Source: Planctomycetota bacterium (lineage in GTDB: Bacteria; Planctomycetota; Brocadiia; Brocadiales; Brocadiaceae). Taken from it: DNA of 50,694 nt. Below are positions 1 through 7,754 of the stretch, piece by piece (within the stretch, counting starts at the first letter, position 1; each line of letters begins with the position of its first letter). The notes beneath the pieces were generated by a model. The model was not told where the DNA came from, searched no databases, and worked only from the letters and a program-made list of their open reading frames with translations. Position numbers and translations under genes: made by a program. The stretch lies in contig JAHFOX010000005.1 of the NCBI GenBank assembly GCA_023261445.1, forward strand, positions 1 to 50,694, read 5' to 3'.

Positions 1-390
1 ACCATATCCAACCGGAATGGTATATATCACTGTATTGGTAGCGCCATCTATCACACTAACCGTATTACTGTAATAATAATTTGCCACATAGATACGGTTT
101 GTCGAGGAATTGACTCCCACGCCATGAGTATAACTCATACCCGACGAAATGGTAGCTGTTACCGAGTTGGTAGCGCCGTCTATTACACTTACCGTATTGT
201 TGGAATAAGTTGACACATAGATACGGTTCGTCGAGGAATTGACTCCAACGCCAGTGGCTTGACCCCCAACCGTAATGGTAGAGATCACCGTTGGCGCCGC
301 AGCCGCCGACTGGGTGTGTGTTAACGTTCCGACTCCACTCAATGCAAAAAGTAACAATAAAACCGGCATACAAAATGGCATATTTCTCAT
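1..390 (-). CDS. Secreted YVTN-family beta-propeller repeat protein, N-terminal 130 codons (gene runs off the window start)
   Basis: Hand translation of the minus strand from ATG 390-388 (AAGGAG 9 nt upstream): MRNMPFCMPVLLLLFALSGVGTLTHTQSAAAAPTVISTITVGGQATGVGVNSSTNRIYVSTYSNNTVSVIDGATNSVTATISSGMSYTHGVGVNSSTNRIYVANYYYSNTVSVIDGATNTVIYTIPVGYG. Signal peptide followed by ~40-aa repeats (GVGVNxxxNRIYVxNxxxNTVSVIDGATN) typical of YVTN/YncE-type propellers. Frame is open to base 1. The ORF-track entry 65..373(-) is a different frame. Confidence 0.75.
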   Translation of the reverse strand, partial: MRNMPFCMPVLLLLFALSGVGTLTHTQSAAAAPTVISTITVGGQATGVGVNSSTNRIYVSTYSNNTVSVIDGATNSVTATISSGMSYTHGVGVNSSTNRIYVANYYYSNTVSVIDGATNTVIYTIPVGYG

Positions 391-569
391 TTTTGCTAGC
401 TCCTTTTCGATAATACGCTCTCTGGAATTTCTTCTCGCTTTTTATCCTGGTTTATATAAACCGTATTGCTTGTGTTAATATTCGGCATCATCTTAGTGGT
501 ATAAAATGAAATAACTTGTCAGGTATCTTCGCTCTTCTTGTGGTTTTTACTGCCTTTTGAAACCTAAAC

Positions 570-607
570 AAAAAAACGCTTTTCCCAGATTTCTCCAGAA
601 AAGGCGT
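570..607 (-). terminator. Intrinsic terminator (minus strand) with no ORF upstream of it
   Basis: Minus-strand reading: ACGC(C)UUUUC - 13-nt loop - GAAAAGCGU, followed by seven U (plus-strand A-run 570-576). Confidence 0.5.
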
Positions 608-706
608 TTTGTGAACTATCAATAACCGAAAATAACTGAAAGTAAACTACTACAGCCTGAATGCGAGGGTTTTTCTCCCATTCCACGAAGGAAACAATAA
701 ATGTTA

Positions 707-745
707 TTTGGATTGGTTTGGTTTGGATTGGTTTGGATTGGATTG
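707..745. repeat. Tandem decamer repeat (TTTGGATTGG)n, about 3.5 units with one half unit
   Basis: Direct reading: TTTGGATTGG (707-716), TTTGG (717-721), TTTGGATTGG (722-731), TTTGGATTGG (732-741), ATTG (742-745). Confidence 0.9.
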
Positions 746-805
746 CAAGAAATATGCCATTAGCTTATCCCTAAAATTTATTTGAGATACTGAAAATGCT
801 CACAC

Positions 806-834
806 TCTATAGCAAAACTAATTATGGTTGTCAA
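806..834 (-). promoter_or_regulatory. Sigma70-like promoter on the minus strand
   Basis: Minus-strand reading: TTGACA (834-829), 17-nt spacer ending in TGC (extended -10 TGn), TATAGA (811-806). Confidence 0.35.
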
Positions 835-1093
835 GTCTTTTTATAATAGTTTTGTCTAAAAAACTGCATATATTCTTACACAATTTAATTAAAGCCTGTT
901 GACAGATTATAAAATAGCTGATACCATAATTTATGTTATTTTAATTTGGTGTACTGTCCCAAAAAACTTCTTTACACCATCATTGAGGAAGCAAATCTCA
1001 GAATCAATCGCATCATAATGAGATTACTTTTGCTCAAAATGACAGGAACAGTAAAGGCTATTATGAGACAGTTTAATATTAATAATATTTATC

Positions 1094-1933
1094 TTGCAAG
1101 GAACTCCTACGTTGGTAAATTATTACGACATCCTCGAAGTGCCCCACGAAGTAAGCCCGGAGGGAATAAAACGCTCATTCCGAGCGCTTATTAAAAAGTA
1201 TCACCCCGATATCCACGGCCCGAACAAATTATGGGCTGAATCAAAAACGAAGGTTATCATACAAGCTTACAAGACACTTTCTGATTCAATAACTCGCGAA
1301 CAATATGATAGACAATACCAGCAATATTTTCATGTCCGCAGAACATACAAACAACACAAAAAAGAGGAAGAAAACCAAGAAGCAGAAAATGTTAAAACAC
1401 AAGCACGTGCTATCTTCGATGACCTTCTAAATGGTAGCACGCACAAAGCTATCGAAAATTACGAACTCTTATTAAAAAACAATAAAGGCGTAGAATTCCT
1501 TTCGTACTTAAAACATCGTGATTACATTGACTGCAAATTCTTACTGGCTGAGGCTTATGAAAAACGCGGAAGGCACGAGGTTGCTATTGGATTTTACGAA
1601 TCCATACTTGAAAAAGATAAAGGGGACACTCACCGTCGTCATTTACTAGACGAAATTAAAGAACGGATTAGAAACATCTATTGCCGTAAATTGGCAAGAT
1701 CTGCATCTCCCGAAAATGCCCTTCGTTACTATGAAAAGGTGTTAAGACTGAAATTATACAAAAACGAAAACGCATTTATTTATAAAAAAATGGCTGAATG
1801 TTATCTCAAATTAAATGAATATGTAAACGCCTTACATCATTTGAATATCGCCTTATCACTAAAACCCAATCTTCAAGGCTCAAATAAAATCAAGATAAAA
1901 CTCAAACAATATATCCCTAACATCGCAATATAA
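1094..1933 (+). CDS. J-domain (DnaJ-like) protein with TPR-like C-terminal region
   Basis: N-terminal J domain YYDILEV...SPEGIKRSFRALIKKYHPD with the HPD motif. C-terminal helical repeats (AEAYEKRG..., MAECYLKLNEYVNALHHLNIALSLKP) look TPR-like. Start is TTG at 1094 or the in-frame TTG at 1112 (AGGA 9 nt upstream). The stop abuts the purC ATG. Confidence 0.8.
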   Translation: MQGTPTLVNYYDILEVPHEVSPEGIKRSFRALIKKYHPDIHGPNKLWAESKTKVIIQAYKTLSDSITREQYDRQYQQYFHVRRTYKQHKKEEENQEAENVKTQARAIFDDLLNGSTHKAIENYELLLKNNKGVEFLSYLKHRDYIDCKFLLAEAYEKRGRHEVAIGFYESILEKDKGDTHRRHLLDEIKERIRNIYCRKLARSASPENALRYYEKVLRLKLYKNENAFIYKKMAECYLKLNEYVNALHHLNIALSLKPNLQGSNKIKIKLKQYIPNIAI

Positions 1934-2854
1934 ATGAATAACAAAACGGCTCCTATTCTCACCACACAAATTCCTCAACTCAAGTTATGCAACCGTGGCA
2001 AGGTGCGAGACATCTATGAAATTAACGACTATCTATTAATCATAGCCACAGACCGTATTTCAGCCTTTGACGTAGTTTTACCGAACGGTATTCCATATAA
2101 AGGGAAAGTGCTGACAGGCCTTTCTGAATTCTGGTTCAGATACACATCCGACATAGTTGAAAATCACCTTATTACCACACAAACCGAGCAAATGAACAAC
2201 AAGATTATTGCACAGCACAAAGACATACTTCAGGGTCGCTCCATGCTCGTAAAGAAAGTGGATGTCCTTCCTGTAGAATGTGTGATTCGGGGTTATCTTG
2301 CCGGTTCCGGCTGGAAGGAGTACCAGCACACTCAATCAATTTGTGGAATAAAGCTGCCATCTGGACTAAAAGAATCAGACAAGCTTCCTGAACCTATCTT
2401 CACACCTTCTACAAAGGCAACCACAGGACACGACGAGAACATTCCTTTTACAAAGGTAGCGGATGTGATAGGCAAAAAACTTGCCGAAGAATTGAAGGAA
2501 AAGAGTATGAAGGTCTACCTCAAGGCGAGCGAATACGCAAGAAGCAAAGGCATCATTATTTGCGACACCAAGTTTGAATGGGGCATTACAAAAGACAAAA
2601 AAACGATATTAATTGACGAGGCGCTTACGCCAGATTCATCGCGTTTCTGGCCGCTTGAAGGCTATAAACCCGGAGGACCTCAACCATCATACGACAAACA
2701 ATTTATTCGCGATTATCTCGAAAGCATCCATTGGGATAAGAAACCACCTGCCCCGATGCTTCCATCTGAAATTATTCAAAAGACCTCTGAAAAATACCTT
2801 AATGCCTATAAAACTCTCACCGGAAAAAGCCTGGTTTACACACATGAAGACTAA
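1934..2854 (+). CDS. purC: Phosphoribosylaminoimidazole-succinocarboxamide (SAICAR) synthase
   Basis: Motifs [28 protein letters not shown]. Length matches the long-form PurC. Confidence 0.92.
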   Translation: MNNKTAPILTTQIPQLKLCNRGKVRDIYEINDYLLIIATDRISAFDVVLPNGIPYKGKVLTGLSEFWFRYTSDIVENHLITTQTEQMNNKIIAQHKDILQGRSMLVKKVDVLPVECVIRGYLAGSGWKEYQHTQSICGIKLPSGLKESDKLPEPIFTPSTKATTGHDENIPFTKVADVIGKKLAEELKEKSMKVYLKASEYARSKGIIICDTKFEWGITKDKKTILIDEALTPDSSRFWPLEGYKPGGPQPSYDKQFIRDYLESIHWDKKPPAPMLPSEIIQKTSEKYLNAYKTLTGKSLVYTHED

Positions 2855-3713
2855 CAATAATTATGACGATCCTGTTTCCGTTTCTACTAAAGATCACCAC
2901 AGATTGATAATAAATCCAAACGATTTAAATAAATACCTCGATATTGCGAGGGAATCTGCGCTTAAGGCGGGTATTATTTTAAAAGAACATTTTAGAAAGC
3001 TTGACCCTTCCATGATTGATGAAAAGGCAAAGAACGATTTTGTTACCAATGTGGATAGAATGGCAGAAGAAATCATTAAGAATCACATTAAAAATCATTT
3101 CAATAATCATGACATACTTGCCGAAGAGTCGCCTACAAAAAGAAATTCATCACCATTTTTGTGGATTATAGATCCATTGGACGGCACCTTGAATTATATT
3201 CATGGGTTGCCAAATTTTGCCATATCCATTGCCTTAGAAATCGAGGAAGAACTCGTAATGGGTCTTATTTATGAACCTCTGAGAGACAGCGTCTATTCTG
3301 CCATTAAGGGTCAGGGGGCTTATAAAAATGATAAACGTATTCACGTCTCACATTCCAAAACCTTAAATACTTCACTGATTGCGACAGGCTTCCCTTTCAG
3401 GATAAAAGATATTATTGATCCATATCTAAAAGTGTTTAAAAACCTGTTTATGCAAGCCACCGGCATCAGAAGGGGCGGCTCTGCCTGCCTTGACCTTGCA
3501 TACACGGCAGAAGGCATCTTTGGAGGTTTCTTTGAATGTGCCCTGTCGCCGTGGGATATGGCGGCAGGCGCCCTCATGGTTAAAGAGTCGGGCGGGGTAG
3601 TTACAGACTTTAACGGTAGCAACCGGTTCCTAAAAACTGGCAACATCGTTGCAGGCATAGAAGGAGTTCACCTTGAAATGTTAAAGATTATCCAAGAAAC
3701 CTTTAATGGTTAA
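2844..3713 (+). CDS. Inositol monophosphatase family protein (SuhB/IMPase-like)
   Basis: IMPase motifs [15 protein letters not shown] and [15 protein letters not shown]. The track ORF starts at 2613 inside purC; the first plausible start is ATG 2844 (MKTNNNYDD...), overlapping the purC stop by 11 nt. Confidence 0.85.
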   Translation: MKTNNNYDDPVSVSTKDHHRLIINPNDLNKYLDIARESALKAGIILKEHFRKLDPSMIDEKAKNDFVTNVDRMAEEIIKNHIKNHFNNHDILAEESPTKRNSSPFLWIIDPLDGTLNYIHGLPNFAISIALEIEEELVMGLIYEPLRDSVYSAIKGQGAYKNDKRIHVSHSKTLNTSLIATGFPFRIKDIIDPYLKVFKNLFMQATGIRRGGSACLDLAYTAEGIFGGFFECALSPWDMAAGALMVKESGGVVTDFNGSNRFLKTGNIVAGIEGVHLEMLKIIQETFNG

Positions 3714-3762
3714 TGTGTATTGTTTGCAAAATAACATATAAAACCCAAATATACTTATAATG

Positions 3763-4410
3763 TTATCGGTGCCTTGTTACGCCGACCTTTCTGCAATATG
3801 AACTGACAGGACAGATACTGCATTTGGGGGAAATAGGAACACAAATATTCTGACCATAAGTAACTAAAAGGTCGTTGATAGTAAGCCAGTATTTTTTCGG
3901 AAGTTTTTCACGAAGTGCAAATTCTGTTTCATGCGGATTCTTCGTCTTAACATATCCCCAACGATTAGTAATCCGATGCACGTGGGTATCCACGCAAATA
4001 CCCGGTTTGCTGTATCCGAGAGTTACAACTAAATTTGCCGTCTTTCGCCCTACGCCATTCAATTTCAACAACTCATCAATTTCGTTCGGCACATCACCCT
4101 TATATTTTTCAACTAGTACTTTGCAAATTTCTTTTATCTTCCTTGCCTTTGTCCGATAAAAACCCACTGGATAAATGAGTTTTTCCAGTTTAGGAGTATG
4201 GATATTCATCATTTCCTCTGGATTATCTGCTGCGGCAAAGAGCCTGTGAGAAGCTTCGCGGGTGGTTTGATCCTTCGTCCTCAGACTTAAAAGACAAGAA
4301 ATCAGGACGTGAAACGGCGTTCGTTTTCTAGAAATGGTTGTAACGACAGGTTCGACAAACTGTTTGTTTTCTTGTCTGATAAGCTTTAGTGCAATATCAA
4401 TGTCAAACAA
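3763..4410 (-). CDS. nth: Endonuclease III (HhH-GPD DNA glycosylase/AP lyase)
   Basis: HhH motif LLKLNGVGRKTANLV, catalytic region DTHVHRI, and a C-terminal 4Fe-4S ligand pattern C-x6-C-x2-C-x5-C (CVPISPKCSICPVSSYC). Confidence 0.9.
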   Translation of the reverse strand: MFDIDIALKLIRQENKQFVEPVVTTISRKRTPFHVLISCLLSLRTKDQTTREASHRLFAAADNPEEMMNIHTPKLEKLIYPVGFYRTKARKIKEICKVLVEKYKGDVPNEIDELLKLNGVGRKTANLVVTLGYSKPGICVDTHVHRITNRWGYVKTKNPHETEFALREKLPKKYWLTINDLLVTYGQNICVPISPKCSICPVSSYCRKVGVTRHR

Positions 4411-4420
4411 TGGGAAATCC

Positions 4421-4467
4421 CAATAAAAACGGCAACGTGAGAATTTTAATTTCCAACGTTGCCGTTT
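4421..4467 (-). terminator. Intrinsic terminator downstream of the aquaporin gene (hairpin usable in both directions)
   Basis: Perfect 12-bp stem AAACGGCAACGT (4427-4438) / ACGTTGCCGTTT (4456-4467) with a 17-nt loop. The minus strand is followed by UUUUUAUU; the plus strand is followed by ATCTTTTT. Confidence 0.65.
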
Positions 4468-4544
4468 ATCTTTTTATGTTACCTGAAAAGTACATCTTTG
4501 TATAATCTAACAGGTATTAAAAATACGTGTAAAGTTAACCTGAG

Positions 4545-5231
4545 TTATTTCCTGTTTTCTGCAAAGAGTTTGTCATAAACAAACGCTGCTGCAATCCCGC
4601 CTAGGATAGGACCTACCCACCAGACATAGTGATGTGTGAACTGTCCAGACGCTATAGCAGGACCAAATACACGGATAGGATTTATACCCCCGCCGCTAAT
4701 TGTACCGCCAATCATAGAGCCAATGAGCACTACAAATCCAATGGCAACACCAGCAAATCCGGCAGAAGCCCTTTTATCAACAAGCGTTCCATATATAGTA
4801 AAAACTAAAAGGAAGGTAATGATAAATTCCATCAACATCCCACGCAAAGTGGAAACGCCCGGCGCCAACATACATGTTCCCAAATATACGGTCTTGACCG
4901 CTTCAGGAAATAGAGTTTTCAAGGCAAACCCTGCTATTGTTGCACCGGCAAATTGAGACAGAATATACATAATTGCAGTGTTGGGGTCCATTCGTTTCGT
5001 AATCCAAAAGGATACAGTCACTGCAGGGTTAACATGCGAACCCGAAACATAACTCATAGCATAAATAATGGCAGTTACAACTACACCAAATGCAATAGAA
5101 GTACCCAAAAGACCTAGTCCTTGCCCTCCCGCTTGCCTTAAATAAAAATCTGCACATACAGAGCCAGCCGCTATGAATACAAGCGCAAACGTCCCAACCA
5201 ACTCGGCCATATATTTTTTGTACGATTTCAT
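4545..5231 (-). CDS. MIP-family channel (aquaporin, AqpZ/AqpM-like)
   Basis: Six predicted TM helices. First NPA box SGSHVNPAVT; the second box reads GGGINPIRVFGP (NPI instead of NPA). Confidence 0.88.
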   Translation of the reverse strand: MKSYKKYMAELVGTFALVFIAAGSVCADFYLRQAGGQGLGLLGTSIAFGVVVTAIIYAMSYVSGSHVNPAVTVSFWITKRMDPNTAIMYILSQFAGATIAGFALKTLFPEAVKTVYLGTCMLAPGVSTLRGMLMEFIITFLLVFTIYGTLVDKRASAGFAGVAIGFVVLIGSMIGGTISGGGINPIRVFGPAIASGQFTHHYVWWVGPILGGIAAAFVYDKLFAENRK

Positions 5232-5616
5232 TTCGTTTTTCTCCCGTATATTTTAGCTAAAATTTTTTCAGGCGTAGCAAAAACATTTATACTACATAAT
5301 TTATGTTATTATTTACGATACTCGCTCAAACTCAGATACAAAACATTGCATCTTACGTTTTATAAATCTCATTGAATGCATTTTTTACATAAATTTCTAA
5401 CAGTCTTTAAAACACCTCCTTTCATGATTTACAAATCATACTTAACTATGTAACAGATATAAGTTTGTAACAAACTAACACAATCAATTAACACTGTCAA
5501 GCAAAAAGATTTAAAAAACTAATATTTATTTCCCAGTGTTGACACACAAGCAATAACAAAGTTAGATTCTATAAAAAAGATTGTTATGTTTTTTATCATA
5601 ATAAATTCTTGTGTAG

Positions 5617-5673
5617 TGCAGTAATTATACAAAACTATGCAGTATGCGTACTGCGTTTTAAAAATATACTGCA
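5617..5673. promoter_or_regulatory. Cluster of four TGCAGTA/TACTGCA half-sites (candidate operator array)
   Basis: TGCAGTA at 5617-5623 and 5638-5644 (21 bp apart). Inverted TACTGC at 5649-5654, forming the palindrome GCAGTA-TGCG-TACTGC. TACTGCA at 5667-5673. Lies in the 634-bp divergent spacer between the aquaporin gene and pssA. Confidence 0.35.
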
Positions 5674-5865
5674 TCCTGCTAATTTTTCACTTAAACACTA
5701 TTATACCCACAACAATAATGAATGGTTATAGTTAGAACATTTATTTTAAAATAAAACTATTATGTACAATAGGCACTGTTTTTGTTAGTTATATTATCTA
5801 GTTTTAAAGAACGCAAAAAACCGTATTAATATTACCGAATCTATAGTCAATCTGGAGGTTTTACA

Positions 5866-6603
5866 TTGAAAATAAAAGAAACGTTACCAACCATAGTAAC
5901 TATGGGAAACATGGTAAGTGGTTTTATTTCAATTTTATGCGTTTTGAACCAGCGGTTCGAGATTGCAGCATGGCTAATTGTAGCAGCAATGGCGTTGGAT
6001 GCCTTTGACGGAAGACTGGCTCGGATGTTGAAAACCACGAGTAAAACTGGCGCTCAACTGGACTCCATGGCGGATTTAATAACTTTCGGTATCGCACCTG
6101 CCTTGCTAGTAGGAAAGACCTGCACAAACTTACCGAGTATTGTTATGTGTGGTATTGGATTATTTTATATGATATGCGCCGCTTTCCGATTAGCAAGATT
6201 TAATGCGCAAAAAGATGAAAATGTGAATATGTCAAGACACTTCTTCACAGGATTACCCACCACGCTTTCAGGCGGAACGATTGCTCAACTTATCATTCTC
6301 AATCATTTTATACAAGCAAGATTCGGTCATGATGCAGATATGGTTATGAAACTCTTGCCATTTGTTACTTTTGCGCTCGGGGCCTTTATGATCAGTAAAG
6401 TCCCTTTTTTTAATGTCACAAGTAAAATCGGCATTAAACAAGGCATTCTTGCTATGGCATTGGAATTTTCCATCGCTATCTTGTTTTTTATAATCACTCC
6501 CGAATTAGCGCTATCCACATCTTTAACTATTTATCTGATAATCTGCACAATGTATGGAGTTTTAAAAGGCAAGCAATTAAAGAAGGGGTACTCAACAACA
6601 TAA
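5866..6603 (+). CDS. pssA: CDP-diacylglycerol--serine O-phosphatidyltransferase (CDP-alcohol phosphatidyltransferase family)
   Basis: CDP-alcohol motif DAFDGRLARMLKTTSKTGAQLDSMADLITFG. Multiple TM helices. TTG start with GGAGG 7 nt upstream. Confidence 0.82.
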   Translation: MKIKETLPTIVTMGNMVSGFISILCVLNQRFEIAAWLIVAAMALDAFDGRLARMLKTTSKTGAQLDSMADLITFGIAPALLVGKTCTNLPSIVMCGIGLFYMICAAFRLARFNAQKDENVNMSRHFFTGLPTTLSGGTIAQLIILNHFIQARFGHDADMVMKLLPFVTFALGAFMISKVPFFNVTSKIGIKQGILAMALEFSIAILFFIITPELALSTSLTIYLIICTMYGVLKGKQLKKGYSTT

Positions 6604-6628
6604 TTAATAATTTAGAATGTTTACCGTT

Positions 6629-7699
6629 TCACTCAATACGCACAATCCTGTCTCCTTTCACAACCTCTCCGATAATAGTTCCAGACTCCCCTGATTTTTT
6701 AAGCTCATTCAAAACAGGGTTCACATCTGATTTAGAAACAATCAGCGCCATTCCAATACCCATATTAAAGACATGAAACATTTCCTCTTCGTCAATATTG
6801 CCTACCTTCTGAATTATTTTAAATATCTCCGGAACATCCCATCTGTTTTTTCCCAATTTAATAGCACAGCCCTTAGGTAAAATGCGAGGTATGTTTTCAA
6901 CAAGCCCGCCTCCAGTAATATGCGCCATCCCTTTTACAATCATTTTTGTTTTATATTTATTTAAAATCTTCAATATAGGCTTTACATAAATTTTTGTTGG
7001 TTTTATTAATTCTTCGCCGAGTGTAGTATCTAAACCATATTTAGTTAGTTTCTGGGTAATCTTTATTTTTGCCTTGTCAAAAAAAACCTTTCTAACAAGA
7101 GAAAAACCATTACTATGAACACCGCTAGAACTCAATCCAATAACAACGTCGCTGGGTTTTATTGTATTTCCGTTGATAATTCTATTTTTCTCCACAACAC
7201 CGACTACAAAACCAGCAATATCATATTCACCTTTGTGATAGAACCCGGGCATTTCCGGTGTCTCGCCTCCAATAAGGGCACAACCAGCCTGACGGCAACC
7301 GACCACAATTCCATCCAACACCTCATGCAAAACCTTTGGAACAATCCTGCTACTTGCTAAATAATCAAGTAAAAATAGAGGTTCAGCGCCCAAAACTATA
7401 ATATCGTTAACGCACATGGCTACCAGATCAATTCCAATTGTATCGTGCTTCCCCATCATAAAGGCAATCTTTAATTTAGTACCAACACCGTCGGTAGAAG
7501 ATACAAGTACAGGTTGGCGATATTTCTTAAGGTGAGAATTTAAGGCAAATAGCCCACCGAATCCATCGGGATTTTCGATTACCCGCGGACCGAAGGTTGT
7601 TCGCATCTTTGAATAAATATCTGTGGTAAACTGTCCTTTCGTGTCAATATCAACCCCTGCGTCTCTGTAAGAAAGTCCTTTTGTAGTTTTCTTTTTCAT
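6629..7699 (-). CDS. purM: Phosphoribosylformylglycinamidine cyclo-ligase (AIR synthetase)
   Basis: Motifs YRDAGVDID, DGVGTKLK, GGETPEMPG, AHITGGGL. Confidence 0.93.
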   Translation of the reverse strand: MKKKTTKGLSYRDAGVDIDTKGQFTTDIYSKMRTTFGPRVIENPDGFGGLFALNSHLKKYRQPVLVSSTDGVGTKLKIAFMMGKHDTIGIDLVAMCVNDIIVLGAEPLFLLDYLASSRIVPKVLHEVLDGIVVGCRQAGCALIGGETPEMPGFYHKGEYDIAGFVVGVVEKNRIINGNTIKPSDVVIGLSSSGVHSNGFSLVRKVFFDKAKIKITQKLTKYGLDTTLGEELIKPTKIYVKPILKILNKYKTKMIVKGMAHITGGGLVENIPRILPKGCAIKLGKNRWDVPEIFKIIQKVGNIDEEEMFHVFNMGIGMALIVSKSDVNPVLNELKKSGESGTIIGEVVKGDRIVRIE

Positions 7700-7710
7700 A
7701 AGTTATCCAT

Positions 7711-7744
7711 AAAAAAGTAAGGGTGACCGGCCGTTCGCCCCTGC
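7711..7744 (-). terminator. Possible intrinsic terminator between the GT2 gene and purM
   Basis: Minus-strand reading: GGGGCGAACGGCCGGTCACCC (imperfect GC-rich hairpin, 2 mismatches) followed by TTACTTTTTT. Confidence 0.35.
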
Positions 7745-7754
7745 AATAATAAAA

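Larger units (their letters stand above)
570..799 (-). ncRNA. Candidate ~230-nt small RNA or 5' leader (promoter-to-terminator unit with no ORF of 60 aa or more)
   Basis: Bounded by the predicted promoter at 806-834(-) and the terminator at 570-607(-). Contains the C/A-rich tandem decamer (minus-strand CCAAUCCAAA units). The only ORF inside is an 18-codon one (760..704, MAYFLQSNPNQSKPNQSK). Confidence 0.3.

Noticed and set aside
65-478. Track ORFs 65..373(-) and 275..478(+)
   Set aside because: Shadow frames of the repeat-rich YVTN gene. The frame starting at ATG 390 gives a signal peptide and family-typical repeats, whereas these give Trp/Cys-rich nonsense.
707-745. Possible CRISPR array or other spaced-repeat array
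   Set aside because: Units are contiguous 10-mers without spacers. No 24-48-nt repeats with unique spacers occur anywhere in the window and there are no cas genes.
946-1194. Track ORF 946..1194(+) upstream of and overlapping the J-domain gene
   Set aside because: Low-complexity translation, no RBS, overlaps the start of a gene with clear J-domain homology. Likely non-coding leader.
2613-2843. Long N-terminal extensions suggested by the track (2613 IMPase, 15200 murQ, 16654..17205, 19819 nadD, 24942 nrdJ, 30322 orf92, 32051 murF, 39743 ftsQ, 41996 secretin)
   Set aside because: Each extension overlaps the preceding gene or a repeat element and adds non-homologous sequence. Internal ATGs restore family-typical N-termini and sensible spacing.
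3341-3658. Antisense ORFs of 60-126 aa nested in well-supported genes (for example 3341..3658, 4636..4956, 12130..12456, 19248..19622, 27066..27443, 32518..32886, 35366..35740, 37345..37719, 38691..39071, 41992..42420, 47200..47535)
   Set aside because: All lie opposite strongly supported genes, show no recognisable motifs and have composition typical of antisense frames. No independent evidence of coding.
925-5310. Exact 16-mer CATAATTTATGTTATT shared by 925-940 and 5295-5310, both near promoters and containing the palindrome CATAA-T-TTATG
   Set aside because: Back-of-envelope: about 10^9 position pairs on two strands times 4^-16 (higher for AT-rich words) gives about one chance 16-mer match in a window this size. 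The flanks do not extend the match and the orientation relative to the downstream genes differs.
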